From Minisyncoccota bacterium (GTDB taxonomy: Bacteria > Patescibacteriota > Minisyncoccia > Phycocordibacterales > CAIZLB01): a stretch of DNA of 64,000 nucleotides. Shown here in pieces: positions 19,073 through 28,690 of the stretch (positions are counted from its first letter, which is position 1; every line of letters begins with the position of its first letter). The DNA is taken from NCBI GenBank assembly GCA_021734945.1, contig JAIPIA010000001.1:244415-308414 (forward strand). The letters are read 5' to 3'. The position numbers were made by a program, and so were the translations under genes. Under the pieces are notes generated by a model. That model was not told where the DNA came from. It saw only the letters and a program-made list of their open reading frames with translations, and did not search any database.

Positions 19073-21793
19073 TTACTGACAACCATCGCACACCATTGAT
19101 TCTCCAGGATCAACTCCAAAATCATTTGGATTAATCATATTAGGTTTACTTGTATTTCCCCCTGTACTTGTTCCGCCAAAACCTTGTGATGTTTGATCGA
19201 GTGGCTTACCAGCTGCTTGCATAGTTGCTTCGACGTCCACTGTGATAGTTGAATTCTCAGGATTAGCGTGAGCTGATGCTTGGATTGTTGCAATGTTACC
19301 GTTAGAACCCTGTGAGACAGCTTGTGATACACGTTCTGCAAGACTTTCTCCCGCTACAGCCATAACTGGTGCCATTCTCATAGCTGCAAAGCCTCGCTTA
19401 CCTGTCTCACTTTGTTTGTTTACGTTAACTGTACTTTGCTCTGCATTGTGTTGAGGCTTCATATGTAGATAATATGTAGACTTGAGACCTTTTTTCCATG
19501 CCGCAGCGTAGATATGCATAAGCTGATTGATATCTCGTGTTTCAAGATACATGTTTCGTGAAAGTGCCTGGTCAACCCATTTTTGTGCTCGCGCAGCAAC
19601 TTCGATAACAGCATATGGAGATACTGAGAATGAAGTCTTGTAAATTTTCTTTACACTGTCTGGAATTTCTTCAATAGATTCAATGTCTCCACGATTTTCA
19701 ATAATCTTTGTCTTTACTTTATCCCAAATACCAAGTGCTTCGAGGTCGTATACCAAGTTGTGGTTAATATCGAGGTATTTTCCTGAGAATTTATTTCTTG
19801 AAAAAGCCTGAGCAAATCGAACATCGATACCAGGAACAGTCCCTGCGAGTAGACCAATGTTTGCATTTGGAGCTACCGCCATAAGAGTCGCGTTTCTAAT
19901 TCCCTTCTTAACTTTCGCTCGAACTGTATCCCAGTTTAGGTCTGGATTAAATCTTTCCTTTGTAACAAGAAGCTGTTCTCCTCGAGACTTTTCGAGGATT
20001 GCGAGTGAATCATACGGTACAAATCCTTTTGACCACATAGAACCCTCAAAATGGTCATACGCACCTCGTTCTACTGCTAAGTTAGCACTTTCATCAATCG
20101 CCATATAACTAATGAATTCAAAGAGTTTATCTGCTAGGTTAAATGACTCTTCACTGTCATATGCAAAGCCATATTTTTCTATAAGATCTGAGAATCCCAT
20201 TACTCCAAGTCCAACAGCTCGGTTTTCCTTGTCTGACTTTGCAGCTTCAGGTACTGGTGGCTTGTTAATATCAATAAGGTTATCGAGATGTCGTACAGCA
20301 AGACGAGTTGTCTTTTCAAGTTCTTTCCAATCAATTTCTTTTACAATAGTTTGTTTACCTCCGAGATCAGAAACAGTTTTTTCTACTAAGTGAGCAACAA
20401 TATTGAGAGAAGCTAAGTTACATACAGCGATATTCTCCTTGTCCTGAGGAAGACAAATTTCAGTACAGAGATTAGACATGTGAATTGTACCAGTGTTGTT
20501 GTTGAGTGCTCGTACATTGATAGTATCCTTCCATGTAAGCCATGGATGTGATGTTGTCTGTAGAGATACCAACATTTGTCGGTAAAGTTCTTCCGCTGGC
20601 ATTTTTTTGAACATAACCATTTTCCCAGCTTCAGCCATCTCTATATACTCAGCATATCGTTTACTGAAAGCCTCACCATAAAGTTCATTAAGGTCTGGAG
20701 TCTCTTTTGGATCAAAAAGGTACCACATACCACTCTGGGAAACTCTTTTCATGAACTCATCTGGAATGTAAGCAGCTGTATTAGCTGTTCGCATTCTCAT
20801 ATAGTCATCTCCGGCGTTGTGACGCCAGTTTATGAATTCTGGAAAATCAAAGTGCCAGTTTTCCATATAGAAACAAAGTGCACCCTTTTTCTTTCCTCCT
20901 CGTACGATAGCTTGAATAGCAGTGTCCATAATCTTTGCGAACGGAGTTGGACCTGAAGAAGTTGTGTTTGAAGACTTAAGAATAGATCCTGTTGCTCGAA
21001 GTTTTGTAATAGACACACCGAGACCTCCAGTTCCTTTTGAAATAAGCATAACGTCAGACACTGACTTAGCAATATGTTGCATGTCATCATGAACCTCAAG
21101 GAGGTAACAGTTTGAAAGAGCTGGCCACGGAGTACCTGCTGTAAGGTTTGTCGAACCGCCAGCAATATACTTGTGCTGAGACATTTGTTCGTAGAACGCA
21201 ATAGCCTGAGCTGTAGGATCTTTTTCGTGATATGACATTCCCATAGCTACTCGCATGAAAAAATACTGAGGAGTTTCAAGAGGTTTTAGATTTTTATCTT
21301 TAATAGAATATCGATGCAAGAATGTTGAAAGTCCAGCGTACGCAAAAATCTCATCTCGAGTAATATCGAGTGCCTCAGCTATCTTTTTGAGGTCAAAACA
21401 TTTTTCCATATCCGCATGGAGAAGTTCTTGTTCAATAGCACTTTTAATGTGTGGAGCAAAAGCTTCTTTGTGCTTTTTTACGAGATCATCAAAATCATCT
21501 TTATCGTATTCTGGTACTACTCGTCGATACACTGTCTTCAAGAGAAGTCGTGTTGCAATCTTGTCATAACGAATGTCGTCTGAGACATTTTGGAGAGCTG
21601 CGTTTATAGTAGCCTGATCGAGTTCATCACTCGTAATTCCTTCATATAACGTCAACTGGGTTTCACTGGCTATTTGCGTTACATAGCTCGCGATGTTTGG
21701 TAAACCCTCACAGGCTCGTTCAATAGATTTATTGATGTAGTCTGCATTGAATGGAACTTTTGATCCATCCTGTTTAGTTACTGATATGTTCAT
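19073..21793 (-). CDS. nrdA: Ribonucleotide reductase class I alpha subunit with an N-terminal ATP-cone and an extended C-terminal tail.
   Basis: N-terminal ATP-cone (VTKQDGSKVPFNADYINKSIERA), the active-site NLCTEICLP motif, and C-terminal redox cysteines (CDGCQ). Confidence 0.9.
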   Translation of the reverse strand: MNISVTKQDGSKVPFNADYINKSIERACEGLPNIASYVTQIASETQLTLYEGITSDELDQATINAALQNVSDDIRYDKIATRLLLKTVYRRVVPEYDKDDFDDLVKKHKEAFAPHIKSAIEQELLHADMEKCFDLKKIAEALDITRDEIFAYAGLSTFLHRYSIKDKNLKPLETPQYFFMRVAMGMSYHEKDPTAQAIAFYEQMSQHKYIAGGSTNLTAGTPWPALSNCYLLEVHDDMQHIAKSVSDVMLISKGTGGLGVSITKLRATGSILKSSNTTSSGPTPFAKIMDTAIQAIVRGGKKKGALCFYMENWHFDFPEFINWRHNAGDDYMRMRTANTAAYIPDEFMKRVSQSGMWYLFDPKETPDLNELYGEAFSKRYAEYIEMAEAGKMVMFKKMPAEELYRQMLVSLQTTSHPWLTWKDTINVRALNNNTGTIHMSNLCTEICLPQDKENIAVCNLASLNIVAHLVEKTVSDLGGKQTIVKEIDWKELEKTTRLAVRHLDNLIDINKPPVPEAAKSDKENRAVGLGVMGFSDLIEKYGFAYDSEESFNLADKLFEFISYMAIDESANLAVERGAYDHFEGSMWSKGFVPYDSLAILEKSRGEQLLVTKERFNPDLNWDTVRAKVKKGIRNATLMAVAPNANIGLLAGTVPGIDVRFAQAFSRNKFSGKYLDINHNLVYDLEALGIWDKVKTKIIENRGDIESIEEIPDSVKKIYKTSFSVSPYAVIEVAARAQKWVDQALSRNMYLETRDINQLMHIYAAAWKKGLKSTYYLHMKPQHNAEQSTVNVNKQSETGKRGFAAMRMAPVMAVAGESLAERVSQAVSQGSNGNIATIQASAHANPENSTITVDVEATMQAAGKPLDQTSQGFGGTSTGGNTSKPNMINPNDFGVDPGESMVCDGCQ

Positions 21794-22333
21794 ACGGTGT
21801 ACTCTGTTATTTTGTACTAATAATTCAATTGGCGTGAATAAAATTTTACACCTAAATAACTCCTCTGTGATGTGGATAAGTCATAAAATTTTGATAAATT
21901 ATGCGCTCGGACACGTCTTTCTTTTTGACGCAATACGTTCTAAGAAATGAAGCATATTTTGAGGTTTTTTTTAATAAAATTTTATATTTGAAGCCGTTTC
22001 ATTAATTCAAAAAAATAGCAAGAAAATTTGAGAGAAAACAAAAAAATAATTTAAAAAATTCTAAAAGATTATTTATAAAACGAATTTGAAACAATTAATT
22101 TATAAGCAAAACAACCCAATCAATAGTGGGTTGTTTTAGCTTAACCAGTTTACCTTTTTCGAGCGATAAAGTGGGTACATTCGCTTACTGTTATCGGAAC
22201 TCAATTAAGAACTCCTCAAAGAATAATGCTTGGATGTTCCCTGTAAACAATCGTTATAAGGTAACTCAATGGTTACACATATAGAGCCGATGTATTATAG
22301 TTTTTCTTACCATTTTTTTAAAAAATCTTGCAA

Positions 22334-22933
22334 CTACTCTAAAACATCCACAACGCTATCAACAATTACATCAATATCAATTGATTTTCTTTCATCCTCA
22401 CAAGCGGTTTTTTGTGGATCGTCATAGTTAAGACACTGTACAGCCCGTAGAGTAAATTCGAGGACATCCGTCGTCTTAGCTCCGCCACCATTTGAAGATG
22501 CGAATTTATATATATAAGTTGTATATGTACTTCCCGCAGCCCCTTCACTTTCTTGAGTAATACAATATGTTCTAGTGCCAATTGTTCGCATTGTAGTCTG
22601 CCCGCCTTGAGATATAGGGAGTCCTGTTTGATCTGAGACTGCAGATTCAGTACATGAAAAAGCCTGATCTAAAGTGCTAAATTTTGGTGGCCATTCTACT
22701 GGATGAATATATTGCTCAATCCATTTATAATCGACGAGTTTTGTAGTTGTTGAATTTTGCGCTGTTGAAGTAGATGATGAAGGAGTCGAAGAAGCTGTTT
22801 GTGAGTCTGTATTGATATCTTTATTTGGCGAAGATATTGAATATATAAAACTTGCTAAGACTACTAAAACCACAGCAACGAGAAGTCCTAAAATACTTTT
22901 ATTAAAGTTATTGGTAGAGATTGAATTATTCAT
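22334..22933 (-). CDS. Secreted or membrane-anchored Ser/Thr-rich hypothetical protein.
   Basis: N-terminal signal anchor (ILGLLVAVVLVVLASFIYSI), an S/T-rich linker and a C-terminal domain with cysteines. Confidence 0.5.
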   Translation of the reverse strand: MNNSISTNNFNKSILGLLVAVVLVVLASFIYSISSPNKDINTDSQTASSTPSSSTSTAQNSTTTKLVDYKWIEQYIHPVEWPPKFSTLDQAFSCTESAVSDQTGLPISQGGQTTMRTIGTRTYCITQESEGAAGSTYTTYIYKFASSNGGGAKTTDVLEFTLRAVQCLNYDDPQKTACEDERKSIDIDVIVDSVVDVLE

Positions 22934-23066
22934 ATGGCTACATTGTATTCCTTATATTTGCAAAAAGATATAAAACAAAAATCCGCCTACCTTACAGCAA
23001 GTGGATTCTTGCTGGGGTGAGCGGGTGTAGGGTATTTAGGATTCAGAAGAAGAGATCTTAGTAATC

Positions 23067-23705
23067 TTATATTGTAATTTTTGGGACGTAAGAGTCTACA
23101 AGAGTCCAACCACCTTGAACGAGTACTGACTTGTTTTCATCCTTCGCAATTCTAATTACAGACTTCTCGATTACAGTTGGACCTCTATAAATGTCATTTC
23201 CAAGAATCGTGCTTTCTTCCCAAACATTTGCTTCGCGATTAGAACCTCTGGTGGATTTTGTCTCGAATTTAACTCGGTCCGATTCTTGTGGTTCAACCTC
23301 GCTCACCTTCCTCTTACCCTCCTTCTTCAGCTTCTTGTAGTTTTTACGCTTCAAGCAGACGGTTTGATAGCCTTCAGCTGGATACTGGGGGTTTATTCCC
23401 AAAACACCTTCTGATTCTTTGACCAGGCGCTCTAACACATCGTCAGGCAAGTAATTGTAGAGTTTGTCTGTGCATTTTACATCTCCGTCGAATACAACTT
23501 CGTTATATGAGTCACCAACACAAAGTTTCCCTTTTACGGTCTTGAATCCCTCTTTATAGAGCCATTTCAAGATCTGAGTGATTGCTTCACGTCTGTCAGT
23601 TGCTTCGACTTCAATTTTTTTCAAAAATTTGCCAGCCTCATCTGAGACAATACCCACATAGGAGTAAGTTGGTTCATCACTAACTTTTGGCTTTTTCTTG
23701 TTCAT
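23067..23705 (-). CDS. Hypothetical protein (212 aa), Lys-rich.
   Basis: ORF with coding-like composition; no recognised domain. Confidence 0.45.
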   Translation of the reverse strand: MNKKKPKVSDEPTYSYVGIVSDEAGKFLKKIEVEATDRREAITQILKWLYKEGFKTVKGKLCVGDSYNEVVFDGDVKCTDKLYNYLPDDVLERLVKESEGVLGINPQYPAEGYQTVCLKRKNYKKLKKEGKRKVSEVEPQESDRVKFETKSTRGSNREANVWEESTILGNDIYRGPTVIEKSVIRIAKDENKSVLVQGGWTLVDSYVPKITI

Positions 23706-24008
23706 TCAGATACCTTTCTTTTGATTTTTAATTTTCAAGTTTCTTAAATATTTGAAAAATAGTACAAATAAAATTTGGATGCGTCAATACCTGTAGTTTA
23801 AGTTACTTGGTGCGTCCAAGCTATTGAACCATTACGCTAATAATGGGTGCACATGAACACGCTGGGGTCTGGCGCAAAAGCCTGTTTGATGATGCACAAG
23901 ATCAGCTGGAAAAAGAAGCACTCGAAGCAAAAAAGTAGAGAGCAACCCAACTAACTGAAACCTAGTCCGCAATGTTGCAGGACCTTCTTGTAACAGAAGA
24001 CTGATACA

Positions 24009-24042
24009 CCCTCTCCGGAAATGTTCCGGAGAGGGTTTTATG
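24009..24042 (+). terminator. Strong rho-independent terminator on the plus strand.
   Basis: Perfect 11-bp stem CCCTCTCCGGA ... TCCGGAGAGGG followed by TTTTAT. Confidence 0.7.
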
Positions 24043-24211
24043 ATTTAAATAATCAAACCTCTTTGAATTTTAGAGACAGAAAACCCGCCATCTCGCGACA
24101 GCTAAGGTTAACTGTGTTGAGTCATGGCGAGTAAAATCACAATGTAGACGTGATGATTATAATAATATGTTGAATGAAGCAGCTATTTACACTGCTACTA
24201 ATATGGGCCAA

Positions 24212-24775
24212 CTATGCGGCTTTTCTCCTTTTCGCAGAAGTCTTTGACATGGCTTTTGATGTTACCCTAGTCGCCGTCTTTAGCATTTTTTTCGACAGTG
24301 TGCTTTTAACAGCAACATGAGCATGAGACTTCGGGCTCTCGCTCTTGGGCATTGATTCAACGACTTTTTGAATCACCAAAGGCAAAGTCCTAAGACTTAG
24401 GTCTTCTAGTACAGGATTAGCATTTACATTGAAGCCTCCCTTATTTTTCCATAGGAAATGCACTCCTAATTGTTCATCCGTACTTGAAATGCCAAGAACT
24501 ATTTTTCCAGCACAACCAGGAAGCAACTTCTCACCGAAGTACTTCACTTCTTCGCCAGTAGGTGTTCGCGCATCATGAAGACGCTGATCAAGTAGAACAA
24601 GTTCCACATCAGACTCTAAAATCATAACCTTTGCTTTGTCTACGTCTTTTGGAAACTCCAGAAATGTATTTTTTGATTTGAGACCAAAGATCTCAACGAT
24701 GTGACCTAAGTCACGCAGCACTTCAGCGATACGTAAAGCTATTGGCTTCACGTCTTCAACGATAAGAATTTTCAT
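24212..24775 (-). CDS. Stand-alone response-regulator receiver (CheY-like) domain protein with a basic Lys/Ser-rich C-terminal tail.
   Basis: MKILIVEDVKP..., and ...VLLDQRLHD with the phospho-acceptor Asp in context. No DNA-binding output domain is recognisable. Confidence 0.65.
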   Translation of the reverse strand: MKILIVEDVKPIALRIAEVLRDLGHIVEIFGLKSKNTFLEFPKDVDKAKVMILESDVELVLLDQRLHDARTPTGEEVKYFGEKLLPGCAGKIVLGISSTDEQLGVHFLWKNKGGFNVNANPVLEDLSLRTLPLVIQKVVESMPKSESPKSHAHVAVKSTLSKKMLKTATRVTSKAMSKTSAKRRKAA

Positions 24776-24952
24776 CAGTATTTGTGATCTTTTATGGTTT
24801 ATGACAAAGTACTAACACCTAACTATTTCGTATTTAAATTATATCAACAGAAGATTAAAGTGCAATTTATGTGGAAGAGTTTTTAAAAAAAGAAAAGGCC
24901 CCGCGAGATTTGAAGTCGTATGAGGACTTTTCTCGCGAGGCTCAAAGCGTCA

Positions 24953-25912
24953 CTATTTTTTACCAGCAATCCATTCGTCATACAGTGACGCCAGCTCTGC
25001 AAGACCACAAAGCAGCATCAACTGCTGGGTTGCACCATCGAGGTTATGACAAGATATCTCCCCTCCTGATGTATAACCAATGATTCTGCTCCATTCAATA
25101 CTAAGGTGACAGGCATTTCCAGGACAATCGAAATGTGTCTGGCCTACCCTTGTATAGCAAGCAAAACGATCAGTCCGATCCTTGCTTCTTAGACGAGATT
25201 GGACGCTTCTCATCACTGTGACAACCGACGGAAAACGGAATTCCTTATTCTGAGAAGTAATGAAACTTTCCATGAATCTAATAAACTCCGGACTTGTATA
25301 TCCACCAACCGCATGCCCATCTCTCCCCACATTGGTAAGCGAGGTGATTGTGAACAATTGTTTTGAAGCAGTTGGAATGTTGCTGTCACCGAACGAAAAC
25401 CGCAGAGCCTTGAAGAGTAAACTTAGTGAAAAGCAAGTCTCATCAATTGCAATGTAATCAAGAAAACTATCGGTCTTTCTTCCATTGCAAGCATAGCAAA
25501 CCCCTTTAAAAAGGTGTTCCGGCTGTCTCTTGCCAGTTCCCTCACAGGTTTTACATACGAATCTGCTCTCATGGTGGACACACGGGACCTTAACACGATA
25601 TGTCATCCACTCACCATCCTGCTCGACGAGCGTGATGGAATCATTGATTCCGAAATACGACTGACCAAGCCGCGATTCGCACTTGTCAAAAAGTGGCAAG
25701 TAACTTGGTGTGGTAATAAAATCCCTGAAGTAGGGCTCAAAATTCTTGATCTCGCAATTCTCCAGAAAAAACCGGTGAATACGAATGAAGAGCCCTTGTT
25801 TCTCCTTATTCCAGAAAAGATGATACCAGCGTGGTACATCCTCCTGTATTAACAGCTTTTTCATTGTGAACGTACCTCCTTGGTTAGGTGTTTTCAGTGG
25901 TGTGATTACCAA
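24953..25912 (-). CDS. GC-rich Cys-rich hypothetical protein with two DnaJ-type CxxCxGxG zinc-finger motifs; the true start is possibly the internal Met at about 25864.
   Basis: Motifs CKTCEGTGKR and CYACNGRKT plus further Cys/His-rich segments. The G+C is markedly higher than in the adjacent R-M genes. Confidence 0.5.
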   Translation of the reverse strand: MVITPLKTPNQGGTFTMKKLLIQEDVPRWYHLFWNKEKQGLFIRIHRFFLENCEIKNFEPYFRDFITTPSYLPLFDKCESRLGQSYFGINDSITLVEQDGEWMTYRVKVPCVHHESRFVCKTCEGTGKRQPEHLFKGVCYACNGRKTDSFLDYIAIDETCFSLSLLFKALRFSFGDSNIPTASKQLFTITSLTNVGRDGHAVGGYTSPEFIRFMESFITSQNKEFRFPSVVTVMRSVQSRLRSKDRTDRFACYTRVGQTHFDCPGNACHLSIEWSRIIGYTSGGEISCHNLDGATQQLMLLCGLAELASLYDEWIAGKK

Positions 25913-25989
25913 AGAATTCTGAGCGTTAGGATACGCTTATTTGGAAGGGATGTCTATAACAGATTTAAGATATTTTTTGAAATAAAACT

Positions 25990-28689
25990 TTAACTGATTA
26001 ATTTAACATATTCTTTTACAAATTCATCATTATTGCTTTTATTGAAGAGAGGAAGCCCAATTAAGTCATAATTTTTACCTTCAATTTTAAGTATTTTTTT
26101 GTCTGAATATTTTTTAGTAATTTCTTTCAAAAACGCATTTTTCCATTCATCTTTTTCCAATAAATTATCACCCTTAGGTTCAATGAAGATTTGATAATAT
26201 AAATCAGATTTATCTTTTAGGAAAAGAATGAAATCTGGTTGAAAACCTCTTCCTTTCTCAAAATCATATATTTTATATTGTTCCTCATTTCTCAATAAAT
26301 AGACTTCTTTATATGTACTTTTAAGGTTGATAATTGTCTCTTTCATGAATTCAATTAACCCCTTTTCTTCGCTTGTTCCATAAAATTGATCTACAACATA
26401 CCAGTCTTCATACTTTAATTCATCTTCAAGCCTTTGACTATACTCATCTTTTTTCACATTTTTTCGCACTTCTTCACCAAAAAATTCAGTCAAATTATAT
26501 GCATCAAACTCAGTACCTTTATATGGATTTATATGTTGTTTAAGTTCCGTAAATATTATATCTAAAGCTTTGAGAAGTACACTCAACTTTTCCTTATTAG
26601 TGATTTCATCAAAACTAGATTTTGTTGTTACAAGTTTAATTTTTAAGTCCCCAATTAGTTTTACTCTAAAATCTTCCACTGATTCTATATTTTCAACTTC
26701 TTGCTGTAAAAATTCAAACCGTAAAAGAGAGGACTGCTTTTTAGATTTTATATTTACTGCCTTATCAAAAATATGCTTTTCGAAATCTTTAATTGATTTG
26801 GTTATAGTCCTCTTATTTACATCATTAATATTCAATCTTTCGGTATCAGAATCTTGTTTATCAAAATCAATTTGCTCTTCTGTAATTCCAAGACTTTCTA
26901 AATCAAATTTTAGATCTAGAGTTTCTTTTAGGTAATCTAAGGTCTTTTGTTTTCTTTCTGGGTTTTCAATCTTTTCATTTTTCCAAATCTTTACATCCTT
27001 AAAAAAATCAGTGCTTGTAAAACTAGATTTCATTTTAAACTTCTTTTCTATCCTATTATCCTGAATGAACCCTTTTTCTTTTAACTGACTCTTCAGATCT
27101 GAAATATATCTATGGTCTGAATCACTATGATAGTACAACTCTTCAAGCACTCTCATTTCACAACCGATATTTTCATCAAACTTTCGTTTATTTTTTATCT
27201 TATCTTTGTATGAAAAAGGATAATATCTAACACCTCGTCCAATTAATTGAATTTCAGAGATTGCTGTACCCGTAAAAACTCTTTCGCCATTTCTACCTTC
27301 TGAGTCAATTCTACCGTCATACAAGCGCACAATATCAAAAAGATTTAAAACATCCCAACCTTCAGTTAATCTATTTACAGTAAAGATTGCTCGTATATGA
27401 TTATCTTTGTCTTCAAGATTGTTTAGAAGCTTATCAGTGTCTTCGTCAATATTTTCTTTTGTTTTAGCTTTGTTACTTTTAGAGTTTGTAATAACACAGT
27501 TCCTTTCTGTAAAATTATCTCTAATAAAATTTATTATTTCAGATTTACTAATTCCCTCGTTTTTTATAAATTTAATTAAATCTAAAACTCTCGACTTACC
27601 TTGTTCATACGCGTCTTCACCTTGGGTAAATTTTTCTTCAATGTTTTTTAGGAAGTCAAAATCAGATACCTTTAGGTTCTTTACCATTATTAAAAACTCT
27701 TCAAAGTCAGTTTTTGATTCTTCAATGGTTTTGCTTCTAAAAAGTATTACTGGCTTCCAGTTTGATAGGTTATTCTTAAGAGCAATTTTATGTCTGTACC
27801 AGTTAAAGACTAAAGCCTGCAGTACTCTTTCTTTTTTTTCTAAAGTAGAAGAAAGGATGTTTATTTCCTTAGTATACCCAGCAGATAAAAACTCTTTTAA
27901 TCCAAACTTATATATAGTTTTATCAGTATATTTATCAATTACTTTTTGAATTTCGGGGATAGTGGCAGTAAACTCTAGAAGTATGTTTTTATTATCTTCT
28001 TTCTTTCCATTTTTGTTTAACAATAATTCAATAACGGTATGCTCCCAACCTTTCTTTTCAATTTCTACTTCACTTGTCTTGTCATTAAGTTCTGTGTGTA
28101 AATCTAATTCTCCTTGAAGTTTCTTTGTATCAGTATTTAAATGATGAGCTTCATCAGCCAGCATTACGATATCTTTCTTAATTAAATCATCCAGTAGCAC
28201 CTGATTCTCTTTTTGAATATGAATATCGTTGTAAAGCTGTTGTATAGTAGTCAATTTTATTTCAATACTTTCATTGCTTTTTGAGAAAGTTTCAACTTTT
28301 TTAATATTGATGGTTTCATCTTCCATCACAATCTTATCTGCAAAAAGATATTTATTGTGATTACTATCAATAAAATTATTTTCGGTTTTATAGATAATAT
28401 TCTTTTGATTTACAAAAAAGATAAACTTTCTATATCCCTTTTTGTAATAATGCAAAATACAACTAGCCATTACTAGTGTCTTACCTGTACCTGTTGCCAT
28501 ATTAAACATCAAGTGAGTAGGTTCATTTTTACCTTCTGTCCTTTTTTCATTAAGTAGTAGATACTGAAAAGCTTCTTTTTGCCAGTCAAAAAACGGGTAC
28601 TTTAAATTACTTAAAATATAATCAGGTATTTCAGGTTTTGGAGTACCAAAGTCTACGGCATTTTTTATTTGTTCGTGTAATTCTGCCAT
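25990..28689 (-). CDS. res: Type III restriction enzyme Res subunit (SF2 helicase-like, DEAH).
   Basis: Walker A MFNMATGTGKT, the DEAH box (LADEAHHL), and the size and position immediately after an N6-adenine methyltransferase. Confidence 0.85.
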   Translation of the reverse strand: MAELHEQIKNAVDFGTPKPEIPDYILSNLKYPFFDWQKEAFQYLLLNEKRTEGKNEPTHLMFNMATGTGKTLVMASCILHYYKKGYRKFIFFVNQKNIIYKTENNFIDSNHNKYLFADKIVMEDETINIKKVETFSKSNESIEIKLTTIQQLYNDIHIQKENQVLLDDLIKKDIVMLADEAHHLNTDTKKLQGELDLHTELNDKTSEVEIEKKGWEHTVIELLLNKNGKKEDNKNILLEFTATIPEIQKVIDKYTDKTIYKFGLKEFLSAGYTKEINILSSTLEKKERVLQALVFNWYRHKIALKNNLSNWKPVILFRSKTIEESKTDFEEFLIMVKNLKVSDFDFLKNIEEKFTQGEDAYEQGKSRVLDLIKFIKNEGISKSEIINFIRDNFTERNCVITNSKSNKAKTKENIDEDTDKLLNNLEDKDNHIRAIFTVNRLTEGWDVLNLFDIVRLYDGRIDSEGRNGERVFTGTAISEIQLIGRGVRYYPFSYKDKIKNKRKFDENIGCEMRVLEELYYHSDSDHRYISDLKSQLKEKGFIQDNRIEKKFKMKSSFTSTDFFKDVKIWKNEKIENPERKQKTLDYLKETLDLKFDLESLGITEEQIDFDKQDSDTERLNINDVNKRTITKSIKDFEKHIFDKAVNIKSKKQSSLLRFEFLQQEVENIESVEDFRVKLIGDLKIKLVTTKSSFDEITNKEKLSVLLKALDIIFTELKQHINPYKGTEFDAYNLTEFFGEEVRKNVKKDEYSQRLEDELKYEDWYVVDQFYGTSEEKGLIEFMKETIINLKSTYKEVYLLRNEEQYKIYDFEKGRGFQPDFILFLKDKSDLYYQIFIEPKGDNLLEKDEWKNAFLKEITKKYSDKKILKIEGKNYDLIGLPLFNKSNNDEFVKEYVKLIS

Positions 28690-28690
28690 G

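Noticed and set aside
21794-21960. NrdR-box upstream of nrdA
   Set aside because: No convincing 16-bp palindromic NrdR box pair was visible, and no nrdR gene is in the window. Not reported as a feature.
24009-24035. CCGGAA-containing hairpin as a possible SRP RNA domain IV
   Set aside because: The element is a perfect 11-bp palindrome with a following T-tract, which is the signature of an intrinsic terminator. The SRP domain IV consensus is asymmetric.
24871-25083. 70-aa plus-strand ORF between the receiver gene and the Cys-rich gene
   Set aside because: It overlaps the 3' end of the Cys-rich gene on the opposite strand, has no motifs, and is probably spurious.
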